Shown: positions 52,003 to 64,000 of the stretch, piece by piece
Layout of the letters: the number at the start of each line of letters is the position of its first letter
Numbering within the stretch: position 1 is the stretch's first letter
Assembly (NCBI GenBank): GCA_043228905.1
Contig: JBHGNT010000001.1
Location: 30,876,001 to 30,940,000, forward strand
Direction of reading: 5' to 3'
Origin: Azolla caroliniana
Lineage: Eukaryota; Plantae; Polypodiophyta
DNA: 64,000 bases
Notes under the pieces: model-generated
The model's database searches: none
Told to the model about the DNA's origin: nothing
What the model saw: only the letters and a program-made list of their open reading frames with translations
Translations under genes and position numbers: made by a program

Positions 52003-52010
52003 TAGGGTTT
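52003..52010 (-). promoter_or_regulatory. Telo-box (AAACCCTA) in the LSM1 5' region, with a site II motif (TGGGCC) at ~51654-51659
   Basis: TAGGGTTT at 52003-52010 and GGGCCCAA upstream. This pairing is typical of plant translation and RNA-processing genes. Confidence 0.45.
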
Positions 52011-52247
52011 CTAAAACAGAGAATGCGGAGCCTCGTGAATTTAGGTTTTCTGCACTGCGAATTATTGCAAAATTTGGGGTTTTGAGCTGAGAATTGCAAA
52101 TTTGGGGTTTTGAGTATAGAATCGGAAATTAGTGTTTTTAAAGCAGTGACTTGAAAATTTTAGGAGTTGTGAGCAGAGAATCTTTTGTGACAGAAAAGAA
52201 CGAATAATGAAATTTTCGCATCTGTTGCTGTGTTAATTTGGGAGGTG

Positions 52248-55200
52248 ATGTCTGCTCTCGATCCTTTCTTTGGAACTTCTCTGGCAGGAAACCTTGACAG
52301 TAAGTTTTTTCCTTATAAAAATTCTGTATTTTACAGAGGGAGAGGGAGATTGTGCGGATGAGTTTTATCATTGTCCTCAAAATGAGACCGCATCACAATT
52401 CTGTTGATACGGTTATTTTAAAGGCCTGCGCTTTCATTCTATTTTTTACAGATATAGATAGATTTTTTTAAGGTGCGTGTGGGCCCATAGCAAGGGTTGA
52501 ACATTGATCTTCTTAATTTTATGATTTTGATGCTACGATTTAGACCACTATGCCATCAGCCAGAGAGAGAGAGAGAGAGATTGTTCTTCTCCAGAATCCA
52601 GAAACGTTTCTATTCAGCTTGAAGAAGATGAATCTCACATGATAAAATTCTCTTCTGATATATCAACGAGACAGATCTCTGCCACTTGTGTGTTTGCGAT
52701 TGATAATCTATTCTAAAAAAGGGAGCATAGGTAATTCCAATAGAATGGAGGTTTCCATTATTGATTGGTAGATATTCCTGGAGATTTCTACATCGAGGGA
52801 AACCGTGCCCTTATATTGACATATGCAACACAATCCTCCTCAATCTTATCAGATCTGACATGCTTTGCGTAACAGCCCCATTTGGCTAGGCGTTGCCATA
52901 TTTTGCTCCCAATGACTAGGTTGTTGCTGCATGTGCCAATGATTGTGGTTTCCCATCTTTCTGGGATGATATCAGAGTGATAAGTTGGCGTTCACCATGG
53001 TTGGGCTTTATTAGAAATTGGTAGAGTTGTAGGTTGTTACTCTTTTCCCTTTTTTCACAGGGAATTTAGGTTGCTCACGAAGGAGCTCAGTGTCTATAAT
53101 ACGCATATTTATTGCAGTTATCTGAAGCAGATTGCGCACATAAGCATCCCATTTCTCAAACCATTTATGGATGTTTTGTGCCAATCTGAATGAGAGTATT
53201 TACAATGGTTGGTTGTAGAATGGTAATTGATATGCTGCATTTCTGTCACCTTATTCATGTAGTGTATGCAATCATGATGCACTAGATTTAGGTTGCTCTG
53301 ATCCCCATCTCTAAGAGCATCACCGTGTGTGAGCTGGTTGTTTTGATCTGCAGCTATCCTTGTAAAAAGTTCTTCTGCACTCTCTCAAAGTCACTCTGTT
53401 TAGCTTTGCATATGCTCCCTTCCCAATGTTTCCCATACCGCAATGCAGGAGTTGGATTACTAGGGCATGAAAATTTTGTTGGAAATGGGAATTTTGTGGC
53501 TTATTTTGTATGCATCCCTATTTCACGGTGTTTGAACCTCAATATCTGAACTTCTCATTAGAGTTTCAACTGTCCATCCCATTGATACTATATCTTTCAG
53601 GATGAGCTCATTCAAAATATATATCAGTCCAAATTTGCACTGACAAATTTGAGAGCCTTCACTCGTGTTACATATCCTGACTTAACACCCTGAATTCAAC
53701 CCAAACCAATGTCCAGACATTGAAGCAAACTGTCAGAATCAGATTCCCAAGTCTTGATGAAATCAGAAAACCAGGGAAAAATGAAAATCTCACCTAGCAC
53801 TGGTTGGCTGACATATAGTTGTCAATGGTTTGAAGGAGTCATGCACCTGCACCTGACAATTAGATAGGTGGAAAACCAGGGGAAAATGAAAACCTCATCT
53901 AGCACTGGCTGGCTGAAATATAATGGGTAATGATTGGAGTAAAAATGATATTTGGAAATCAGAAAACCAGGAAAAATGAAAACCTCACTTAGCACTGGCT
54001 GGCTGGAAAATAATGGTTAATGGTTGGAGGGAGACAGCACCTCGGAATATGTGGACACTGTTTTAACGGTTTTCTTTCATAGTGCTGTTGAGAAAAGAAG
54101 GGATTATATTCTAGATAAGTTCATTTTCATATTTCTAAGGATATCTACGGAAGCTTTGGCTATCTGCCCCATGGATATGAATGAAACATTGTATACAAGA
54201 CATTGAAGTGAGTGATGAGTAGTGTGAAGTAATGAGCCATTGACTCAATAAAGCCTCCATTGCAACGAAGGAACCAAATTTTCCTCTATTTATCTTGAAG
54301 AAAGTATTGTTGCTGGGTATACAAGAGATGATGGGATATTGAAAGACCTTGGAACAAGCTGCACTTATGGGTATCCTCCTCACAAGCCAACCATTAAACT
54401 ATCCCCCAGTGACATTTCCAGGATTTAGTTTTAGCATTGAGAAGAAAATATAAGCATGATTTTCAGATTGAACGAGACTCGGGGGATTATGCTAGCCCCA
54501 AAGTGCACCTACAACAGTAGGGTCATGATCTATACACTGAGTCCATGTGCCAACAAGAAGTATGACCATCCACATGAAGGAATTAATCATCTTAGACAAT
54601 AATTATAATTATTATGTTAAATAATGGGTTAGGAAACTGCAATTGCACAATCCATTTTGGAATACTAGATTAATGTCTGTACAGAGTATTGGACAAAGGT
54701 GTCTAGTTCTTGTTGCCTCTCTCCCTCTGCAAGTAACGATTTTTACTGGAAAAATAAAAGAGACTTACGTTAGTAGAGGTTTTTACATGTTCAGCATTTT
54801 GTGTGATTCGTGAAAGCTATGATGACATGTTGGGTAGATGACTGGAGTGTCATACTAAAGAGAACATCCAAAAGGTTGAGCTCATATGTGTATGCCTTAT
54901 TCACACATCCCAATACGATCATTAGTGTTTACCAACCATAATTTTTATGCTTTCTTGCTTTTAAGTTTTAGATTCTTCAGATGAATATGTAAAAAATATG
55001 TTAAATCTTCTCATTCATTATGCCTTTTACAGAAAAGCTTCTTGTAATTTTACGGGATGGACGGAAATTGATTGGCATTCTTCGATCATTTGACCAATTT
55101 GGTATTACCAGTTCTATTCTTACTCCAGTGATTGTATCTGTAGTAATTTCTGAGGTGTTTACTGGCAATTTTTCTGTTTTTCCTTTTTCCAGCAAATGTG

Positions 55201-57503
55201 GTCCTTGAAGGTGCCCTTGAGAGAATAATAGTAGGAGACTTATTCTGTGATCTGCCTTTGGGACTTTATATTATCCGCGGGGAGAATGTAGTGCTTATTG
55301 GTGAACTGGTATGCCTGTCCTTCATCTATTCTTATTGATTATTTTGGGGTCAAATTGTCACGAGTTCCAAGGTCTTTGAGGCAATTTCATACATTTTATA
55401 TTAGAAAAAATTAACATTTAAACATTCTATTTGGAATTTCAGAAGGTATTTTCTGAAATTACCCACATAGACTCGGTCAAAGTTGAGGCTCGGGATCACC
55501 TGGAAATTAACATTAAGCACATAATTATACTTACTTATTTTCTGAAATTACCCACATAGCCTTGGTCAAAGTGGAGGCTCGTAATCACCTGGAAATTAAC
55601 ATTAAGCACATAATTAGACATGCTTATTTTCTGAAATTACCCACATTGGCTTGGTCAAAGCTCAGGCTCTTAATCACCTGGAAATTAACATTAAGCACAT
55701 AATTATTGATGTGAGGTCTTTTTCCAATATTTAATAGATTAGTTTTGCTACTATGTCACATGCCTCTCAATCTATATCTCTTATTCAACAAGTCAAGAGA
55801 CAGTGATGTCTTGCTTGATATGTTTATGTATGTTGATTACAAGCATGCTCCTCTATTAAAGATTCTGATCGTTGTGACCATCTCACTCTTTGAGTCTCAT
55901 CCCATTCTATGAACATATAACGCCATTCTATGAACATGGAATCAAAGAGATTAGTAATTAATCGTAATGCAATTATCTATGAGCCTGTCATTCATATCAC
56001 ACATAAAACAAGCACCAAAAACCTTAAATTGTCCAAGTGGTCAAAACATCATGAAAACCCTATTGGAGCATCTCTCACATGTATCATAAAATAACATGAA
56101 TTATGTGCAATAAGTTTCCATGATACAAATTACAAGATTTAATCATTAATCATTTTTTAAGCAGAAAGTTAACATGTCCTCATTAGTCAAGTTACTAGCA
56201 AAATTAGCAAATTAGGTCTCTAATTAGAAAGTGAGCATCTCCTATTTGAGATTATTAGAAACATAATTTGACATCTATGTGGTTAAGAGCCTTGAATTTA
56301 ACTGAGTGTACGTGGGAAATTTTCGGAAATTCTTAGAATCATACCTTTTGAAATTCTGATACATATAAGGCTATTTAGGTAAATTTCCCTTGTATTTGTC
56401 AAAATTCACACTTTTTGCTCAAATGATTTTGAAAACATGAGACCCAAATGTCTAAGCTATGTGCTATACTGCAGAAGCAAGATCTGATTTGATCATCAAC
56501 TAAACAATATCAATTAATCAAACTGGGCAATAATTAATTATGCTCTATTTAAAAAATATGTGCCAGTTATTAATCCAGAATCGATCAAGAAACATACCAT
56601 AGATTAATGAGATGCCACAAAACACGCTGATGAAATATTGTGCATAATCGATGCCAAATAACTTATCGCACCAAGTGCTGGCCATATATACTTAAGGGTG
56701 GCATGTTGAAAAAATTTGCATGATTTATTTTGTATGTGAAGTTTCCAGCTATGGCCCTTCTTAACTGTACTTGTTTTGGCAGGATGCAATTAAAGATGAC
56801 TTACCACCTCACATGCAGAGGGTCAGCCCAAGAGAAATACAGCAGGTTTGTTTAGGAATGAATCTTGCTTATAAAATAAAACCAAATTAAACTTACCCCT
56901 GTGATGATGAATTTGTATATCATTGCATTTTGAGATACCAAGTTTAACAAAATGCTTAAGAACATTTGTTAAATTTTCGTAATGTATTATGAGGCTTAAC
57001 TATCATTAACATTGCTTCCTTGTTGTACTGAAATTTTTTAATATACAAAAAAGCATTTCGTGATTTAACGAAATTTCCTAACTGTTAAACCATGAGAGAG
57101 AGCTTGGTTAGGGGCATTATATTTCCTCCTACTCTTTTCCAGCCATATAATAATGACAACACTCTCTATATAGCAACATTTTATTTCATCCAACTCTTCT
57201 TTTTCCACCACATGAATTCTCCATTTTCATTACTGTACAAACCATGTGTAACCTATCAATAATGGGTTTTAAACAGCAGAATAGATACATATGTATATAT
57301 TTAATGTCTCAAATTTATAACTTGGGTTCTCTATGATCCTATGGTTTCGACCACTAAGAGAGGGATTGAGGAGTCACTAATAATGTCTATCTATGCCTAC
57401 TAAATTTCAAGTATACCAATGACAGGCTCAAAAGGCGGAGAGAGAAGCAACCGAGCTCAAAGGTTCAATGAGAAAACGAATGGAGTTTCTTGATTTGGAT
57501 TGA
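52248..57503 (+). CDS. LSM1: Sm-like protein LSM1 (mRNA decapping activator complex), 125 aa
   Basis: Exons 52248-52299, 55033-55101, 55193-55308, 56783-56845 and 57426-57503 give [80 protein letters not shown]...KGSMRKRMEFLDLD. Confidence 0.96.
52478..52561 (-). mobile_element. tRNA-derived SINE-like element in LSM1 intron 1
   Basis: The minus strand reads GGCTGATGGCATAGTGG (A-box) ... TGTTCAACCC (B-box-like) ...GGGCCCACA, followed by A-rich sequence. Confidence 0.45.
53758..54030. repeat. ~100-bp tandem repeat x3 in LSM1 intron 1
   Basis: GAAAACCAGG.AAAATGAAAA.CTCA..TAGCACTGG.TGGCTG repeated three times. Confidence 0.88.
55447..55706. repeat. 89-bp tandem repeat x3 in LSM1 intron 3
   Basis: TATTTTCTGAAATTACCCACAT...GGTCAAAG..AGGCTC..ATCACCTGGAAATTAACATTAAGCACATAATTA at 55447, 55536 and 55625. 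Confidence 0.92.
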
Positions 57504-60142
57504 TTCTCACTGGCTCATGTGACATATATATGTACACACCTAACCGAGCAAGAGATCAAGGAGGCTCATTTTTGTCTGTGGTAATTAATTAAATTCCCTC
57601 AGGCAAATATATAGAGATATGAGCCATATGGCTCATCTAATCTTGGATAGGGATCTTATGCCTGAGTGCGATCCACATTTGCGTGTTGCAAATCAAAATT
57701 ATTAGTGTGCATTAGCGTTTGTTTTCACTTTATTTATAATGTCAGTAGTGAAGGGTATCTTTGTAGATCAAAGTGATGTTTATACGGAGCAATCCCACTT
57801 TTTTTGCGGATAAGGCTTTCCGAGTTTTCAGATGCCCTTACAATGATGAGTTTATCTCATTTTTAACTTATAGAAAGTCTCCCCATTTGATAACATGATT
57901 TTTCGTTTGGAAACATATTGTATTATTCTTTCAAATGTTATGTTTCCTTTAGCATTTTGTGCATTTGGGAAATTTTTATGTTTTCGTACTTTTTAACTCC
58001 TATCCTGAATGGATTTAGCTTTAATGTAGATTCAACTAATTATCTTAAAAAGTTTTGGACTCTATACTGAATGGATCTACGTATGCTTGCTGTTTTACAT
58101 TAATTGATTAGTTCATGCCTTATATATTATGTTGTTTAGTGTATAAATTGAGCTATTCATAGAATAGTACATGTTGATGTGATGATGATTTACTCACACT
58201 TCAGGGTTTTGCCCATTCATATTTCTTGTATCATTCATGGAATGTAAGATTAAGGAGATAAAAATCCTAGGTTTGATAATTATATAAAGACCACATAAAG
58301 GTGGTAAAAACTCATCAATGATGGCATGTTAGAATTGAATGCTAGTTATTTTTTGTCTTGATTTATTGTGCTTCACTAGTATTTGGTAGGATTAATATGT
58401 AAGTGCTGCTCCCTTGAATGTGTGATCTTGGTTCTTTTGGAAAATGAGAGGCTATCTCCAACTTTTCCATATTGTGTATCTCAATCAATTTCATCTAGAT
58501 AGCATTAAGAATCTAGACTTTCTTTGTTAACTAAAATGTCGAATGATATTTTTGAAAGATGGGACAAAAACACAGAGATGTCCTTATTGTGCATGATGAC
58601 ATTGTTCATACAAATGGCTTCTTAAGTATCTTGTGTTGGTTGATCACTTTGCTACAACTTCATCTTGTCTAGTCCTATAGGAAATTTGACTAATCATCAT
58701 TACCAAAGAACTTATAGAGACGTGTAACTTGATAGAGTTCCATCTACTTTGGTCATTCAAAGTAATATTGATCATGATATGTTCATTGAAAGAAATATGT
58801 ACATGGTTGTGATGGAGTAGGAAAGACAAAGAGGCATAAGGTGCAAAACAACACCTACCATTTACATTCAGTTCACTATTACAACCATGTTCTAAATTCA
58901 CTCCTATATAAATTTCTTATGTAAATTCGTAGCTATATTCTTGACTAGTGCCATCTACCCAAAGCATATATACAATGTATGATGGTATGAGTAAGGTAAA
59001 TAACAGACATTAAGAGGGTTGTCCACAACTATTAATTTTTATAGATGCCACCTTAAAGCCGTGGATGTGTGTATATGTGAAATTACTTGTTCTGTATGTA
59101 AGTAAATATTGTAAATTTTTACCTGCATATTCTAATGCAAATGTTGGTCGATAACTTTGAATGTAGTTCCACCTTCTTAGTGTCGATTTAATGTTGCAAC
59201 TTGCCAATTTGTATCCACTTCAAAGAGGGGCTTATAAGAGCTGAATAAATGTTCACCAATATCCATAAACTTTTTTGCTTTTCATTTACCAAAGATGCCA
59301 AGTGAATATCTAAAACAAAATATGAAATGGGTGTCTTCTTCAACCATAACATTCCATACACATCGGTACGAAACAAGATAATGTGTTCTCTTTCTTCGAG
59401 CTCTTTTTCTTTCTCTTAGATCCTCAATGCGTACAACATTAGTCATCTCGCTTCTTTTTTTTCTTAATCTACATGGAGATCCAATATGTAACCCACTAGG
59501 TGCAAAAAAAGTGGCTGCCCAAAGTTAATAAAACATAAGAACACATTAGTCACATCGTTCTGTCGCTCTCCATAATGTGAACGGGCTTGTCTGAACAATG
59601 TTTGATTTCCCATGAGACAAAAATTTCACCTGTCATAATATTCGGACATACCCAATCGATCCACTTCATATCTACGGAAGCCTGAAAATATCAGGTGGGG
59701 GGGCAAAGGTGTGGGATCAAAGGTATAACTTTTGAAAGGCCAACTTGGACCTACACTTGGGGATTGCAAGTTGTGGCAAAACTTCATGAATATATATATG
59801 AGTGTGAGTGAATGAGTGAGTGTGTATGTGTGAATGTGTATAGACTTTGAGTTGTGAGCCCTCATCTCTCTTGAACAGAGCACCATGAAAGCTCTGGGGC
59901 CTCTATAGCTGTCAAAAACCTTACTTTTTTGGCCTCTTTTTGTGATGAATGGTTATGAAAACCCTAAACAAAACTTGCCTTTCCTCACCATTACTGGAAT
60001 ACCACTCCTCAATTCCTCCTCCTTATCATCGCCTTTTTCTTCTTCTTCTTCCAATTACTGTGTAATTCCATAGAATCAAACATCTTCTCATAATCAATAT
60101 ATAATAGCTTCAGTTATAAATCACTTCTAGCACTAGGAGGAG

Positions 60143-60946
60143 ATGGCAAATATTGATCTGATTAGATGCATTGCCAAACCCAGCATGGCTTGGAAAGACA
60201 TAATTTGTCTTGCTATCTATGAGCTCATGTATTCCAAGTGCCACATCATGTCCATTGCATGGAGGATGCACCAAGTGGAGGGTGGACACCCATCATCATC
60301 ATCATCAATCAATGATGAATGCACCAACACCACCACCAAGTATAGTTATTCTTCTGGAATTCATCATCTCACCAATGCATATGGGTCTCATAAGCTCAAT
60401 GACATCCAAGGCATTGTGCCGTGTGAACCTTTGGTATCTCTCGATCCCAATTGCCTCGATGGCCCCTCTATTACAAAGCTGGGAACTGATCAGAAGAGTG
60501 CTCGATCGCCACATCATGCCCTTCGGAGAAACTCGAGCAAGGACAATGGCCCAAATGGTCGGATCAACGGGATTTATAACGAGCTCGAGGGTGATTGGGT
60601 AGATGTGAATGAGATGGATAGTGATAATTGGGTCTCGGATGACGAAGAGTCGGACAATGATAGTGTACCATCACCCGACAAAAATTGGACCTTCTTCACG
60701 GGGTCCCATAGGAGAAAGTTCCCCCCACCTCTAGATTCCCTATACTCGAGACACGAGGAGAATACTCGAGGTTCCCATGGATGCCGTACCACGTCCGCGA
60801 CTGCTTATTGCCTCCGCTCATTCCGGATGGAGGGCCGGTTGGTGTTACGAGAAGCGAGAGCTCCGACGTACGAGTACTTAAAAGTGTCGAGAAAAGATGG
60901 GTGCTTGAAGGTGGACTTAATGAATCCAACCCACAATTACCTTTGA
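60143..60946 (+). CDS. FANTASTIC FOUR (FAF/DUF3049) domain protein, single exon, up to 267 aa
   Basis: C-terminal FPPPL...LRSFRMEGRLVLRE.....EYLKVSRKDGCLKVDL matches the FAF domain, with an acidic tract before it. The true start Met is uncertain (several in-frame ATGs). Confidence 0.85.
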   Translation: MANIDLIRCIAKPSMAWKDIICLAIYELMYSKCHIMSIAWRMHQVEGGHPSSSSSINDECTNTTTKYSYSSGIHHLTNAYGSHKLNDIQGIVPCEPLVSLDPNCLDGPSITKLGTDQKSARSPHHALRRNSSKDNGPNGRINGIYNELEGDWVDVNEMDSDNWVSDDEESDNDSVPSPDKNWTFFTGSHRRKFPPPLDSLYSRHEENTRGSHGCRTTSATAYCLRSFRMEGRLVLREARAPTYEYLKVSRKDGCLKVDLMNPTHNYL

Positions 60947-62855
60947 TGAAGTTGTGGTGGTAGTGTCAATGAGGAGATTAGTCACTAATGTTTTGTAGTT
61001 TGTAAGAGTAGTTCTCAAATATCATTGGCCTTTAGGAAATGAGCAATAGCCCATCGGAAGTATTTTTTTGTTCTTTTTTTTTCCACTCAAATCGTAATGC
61101 TGATTACTACTATGAGAGAAATGGTACATAGCTTGTACTCAACTTCATTACCATGGGTTTTTTCTAATCTTGCCATCAACATAATTTACGCATTTCCTTT
61201 CTCTCTATTCGAACAATTTATATATTATAGTGACATTTCTATAATGTGACTACATTCCTTGCAAATGAGAGCCCTATACAAAAGTTTAAATTTCTCACAT
61301 AGTTCCAAAACATACCAATAAAGGTTAAGGTTTTGTTTTCCCAAGCCTCTTCATAACAATTTACATCACTAGAAACAACGGAATGAAACAAAGTAAAGTA
61401 AAAACATGCTAAAGAATAGGCTAATCTAGGAAAGGTTATCTCCATGTTCTCACATTTATAAGCTTGACCACAAATACAATCATGTGTCTAAGTCAAACAT
61501 GTCTTGTAGCCTTAGACAACCATATAAAGAAGATGAACCCATGTATAACAAGGTCAAGGTCTAGAATTCGGGTTTTCCTCAAGTTGGTGCTCAAGGAGCA
61601 TTCCTCACCGATCATTCTAACAATGTACATGCAAAAGTATAGTTCAAATTGAGATAATTCACACAAACCTCTTTTCTCCTAAAAAGTGATTCATTCTAAT
61701 AAAAAACAATTACATGACTAAGCCACTCTTTCACAACTTTATCGTGAACTCCACTCTACAGAATGAATCACGAAAAACCATAAGCTTGAATCCATATGCT
61801 TGATTCTAAACTAGAGAACATTGTTGTGCTTTTGGTACATGCTATAAGGAAATCTGGAATAGGTGAAAAATCAATATTTTAAGTTTAATTAAAAACCATA
61901 ATTACCAATCCTCTCATTTCAACTCGTTTGGATGGAAGCAAATCAACATCAACAAATTCCTCGAGCCTGACTATCTTCACTGTAAGTTCATAACACCAGT
62001 AAGATATTTGGAAGGTTTGAATTTTATCAAGAATTCTTAAAATGGGCCTATGCTAGCTTGAATCTCGTTTTCTTATACTTAGGTATATGATTTAAATAAA
62101 GCTTTTTGAATGTTGATTCTAATTGTCTATAGTAGTTTGATTTGTTAACAAATTATGTTGTGAATGTATATCATTTGGAACTTACAGATTATCTTCTTAA
62201 AACTATTTATAGATTGTGAATCCATTTGATTATTCAACAACATTCAACTATGTATTGCATGTTTATTGTGTTATCCATAGCTACAAATGATTGTTTCAAT
62301 CAACAATTAGATTGAATTTTCATAATCTATGTATGAAAACCACAATGTAACAAAAATCAGGTCAATCATATTTTAGCCTAATTATAATTAATTTATTGAT
62401 ATACCAATGTCTTTAACAACCAATGGAACAATTCATATGTTTGACGAAAAGTGTGATCAAAGCCACTAGGCTACCAGTGGATATAGCCAAGGTTAAAAGT
62501 TGTATACCTATATATTCATATTGTGTGTGTGCACACACATGTGTTTGTTGGACTCTATACTTCGCTTATGACAAGTAATACTTATACAAGTACAAAAGCA
62601 TCATACAAGTTGTGAGACTAGTTTAAAAACTAATTGTTAATCAAGGAATAAATCATTATATATGAACAAGAATCAATTCATTTATAAAATAATTCATAAC
62701 TTCCATCAAAGTATAAAGGTTAAAGTTAGGCGCTTTTATAGAGAGAAAGAAACGAAGTTGCCATGTGCTAGTATAGAACACGAAGAAAAGGTTTTAACAA
62801 CGAATACATATATGAAAATGTTGTGTCATCAAGGAAGAATAGAATGGTGCCATTT

Positions 62856-62967
62856 GTGAAGGAAGTCAAGATTGAAGATGTTAGAACCAACACACATTGA
62901 GGCTTTCCTTGCGTGAAGGAAGTCAAAGACTTACAACATGTTAGAACCAACACATAGTGAGGCTTTC
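62856..62967. repeat. ~56-bp tandem duplication
   Basis: GTGAAGGAAGTCAA...ATGTTAGAACCAACACAT..TGAGGCTTTC occurs twice. Confidence 0.85.
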
Positions 62968-63515
62968 ATTGTGTGGTGTACTCCTAATCTTGACATGTTT
63001 TAGACTTGTTTGTGGATATCCCACCAATAAATAATATCATGCATTGGTACATATCTTACACTAGACTTAACCATAAAGATGGAAATATGTATGTGCAGTT
63101 TGTACCATACAATACGTCCGCAATTCCTACTTCTACATCCTTATTTCCACAATCATATATATATATATATGTATGTATGTATGTATGTATATTTACAGAA
63201 TGCAGTTTTTTAACTAGAATTGGGAGTCAATAAATTGCTTCTCATGAGAGAGTGGCAACGAAGTAATCCTGCCCATTTTTATGTTAATTCTATGTAAAAG
63301 GGAGAGGAGGAAGCACACACACACATATATATCTCTAATGGGTTTAGAGGAGCGCAATGTGTTGAAAACACAAACATGCCAAAGAATAGGAAACGCAAAA
63401 ACGCAAAACGCAAAAAAAAAAAAAAGAAGCTTCGGGCATCCCCATAACTTTTCTTCTCATATATAATTTAATGAGGCGCTCACCTTTTGCGCTGCTTTCA
63501 TTGTTTTAAAACGAT

Positions 63516-63560
63516 CCCTAACCCTAAACCGTAAACCCTAACCCTAACCCTAACCCTAAA
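63516..63560 (+). repeat. Telomere-like CCCTAA/CCCTAAA array (telo-boxes) directly before an ATG
   Basis: CCCTAACCCTAAACCGTAAACCCTAACCCTAACCCTAACCCTAAA followed by CATG. Confidence 0.85.
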
Positions 63561-63561
63561 C

Positions 63562-64000
63562 ATGTCTTCCCTTGTTCCACCCCCCCTTCCTCCTCCCCCT
63601 GCTAATACTGCCTTGCACGACGCGTCCTCTCCTGAATTCACCGGAACTAAGCTCATGATCTGCGCCATAATAACCCTGTGCTTGGCCCTCACCTTCCTTT
63701 CGCTTCTCCGCCTCAACGAGAGATGGCAATGGTGGACGAGCCCTAACCCTAGTGCGCAGAGGCAAGAAGGAGGTTTTACCACGAATCCAATCCTCAGGAG
63801 GATGAGGATGGAGACGCTGATGAACGAGGCGGAGAGGAGGAGGAGGAGGAGGAGGAGGGAGGATGAAAATGAAAGCAGCATGAATGATGGCCTGAGCAGC
63901 AGGGGGGGGCAGCTAGATTTGGAGTCGAACCCTAACCCTGGCCCACTCACAAGGGAGGGAGGGTACTACGCATGCCCTAACGCCATACTATGCAGGGGTC
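63562..64000 (+). CDS. 5' part of a single-pass membrane protein gene (possibly ATL-type RING-H2), truncated by the window end
   Basis: Open frame of 146 codons with no stop: MSSLVPPPLPPPPANTALHDASSPEFTGTKLMICAIITLCLALTFLSLLRLNERWQWW...ERRRRRRRRRED...GYYACPNAILCRG. GC-rich with an N-terminal hydrophobic helix; no RING is visible within the window. Confidence 0.65.
   Translation, partial: MSSLVPPPLPPPPANTALHDASSPEFTGTKLMICAIITLCLALTFLSLLRLNERWQWWTSPNPSAQRQEGGFTTNPILRRMRMETLMNEAERRRRRRRREDENESSMNDGLSSRGGQLDLESNPNPGPLTREGGYYACPNAILCRG

Noticed and set aside
63498-63950. 150-aa minus-strand ORF
   Set aside because: It is the antisense shadow of the more plausible plus-strand ORF starting at 63562.

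Overview
Eukaryotic land-plant nuclear DNA. It is AT-rich, has GT-AG introns and abundant (GA)n/(CA)n microsatellites; a fern or other seed-free plant is plausible but unproven. I reconstructed seven host genes by hand: a 15-exon p300/CBP-type histone acetyltransferase (HAC1-like, +, 1490-10087), a 7-exon GAT/ProT-like amino-acid transporter (-, 12481-19107), an 8-exon isocitrate lyase/PEP-mutase family enzyme of the AT2G43180 type (-, 34870-42702), a 2-exon MEE60-like membrane protein (+, 44236-45500), LSM1 (+, 52248-57503), a single-exon FANTASTIC FOUR-like gene (+, 60143-60946), and the 5' part of a single-TM gene that runs off the window end and is missing from the ORF track (+, 63562->64000). 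Between ~20.5 and 31.6 kb is a transposon nest: solo LTRs, an LTR remnant with a perfect heat-shock-element array, hAT MITEs with 8-bp TSDs, tRNA-derived SINE heads, a LINE fragment, and a Ty3/gypsy element. That element has an 18-nt tRNA-Trp primer site and keeps gag, protease and integrase but has no RT/RNase H. No CRISPR, rRNA or bona fide tRNA gene was seen. I found no clearly new protein system. The best candidates for novelty are the RT-less Trp-primed retroelement, the HSE-bearing LTR, and tandem repeats inside or upstream of the HAC gene.
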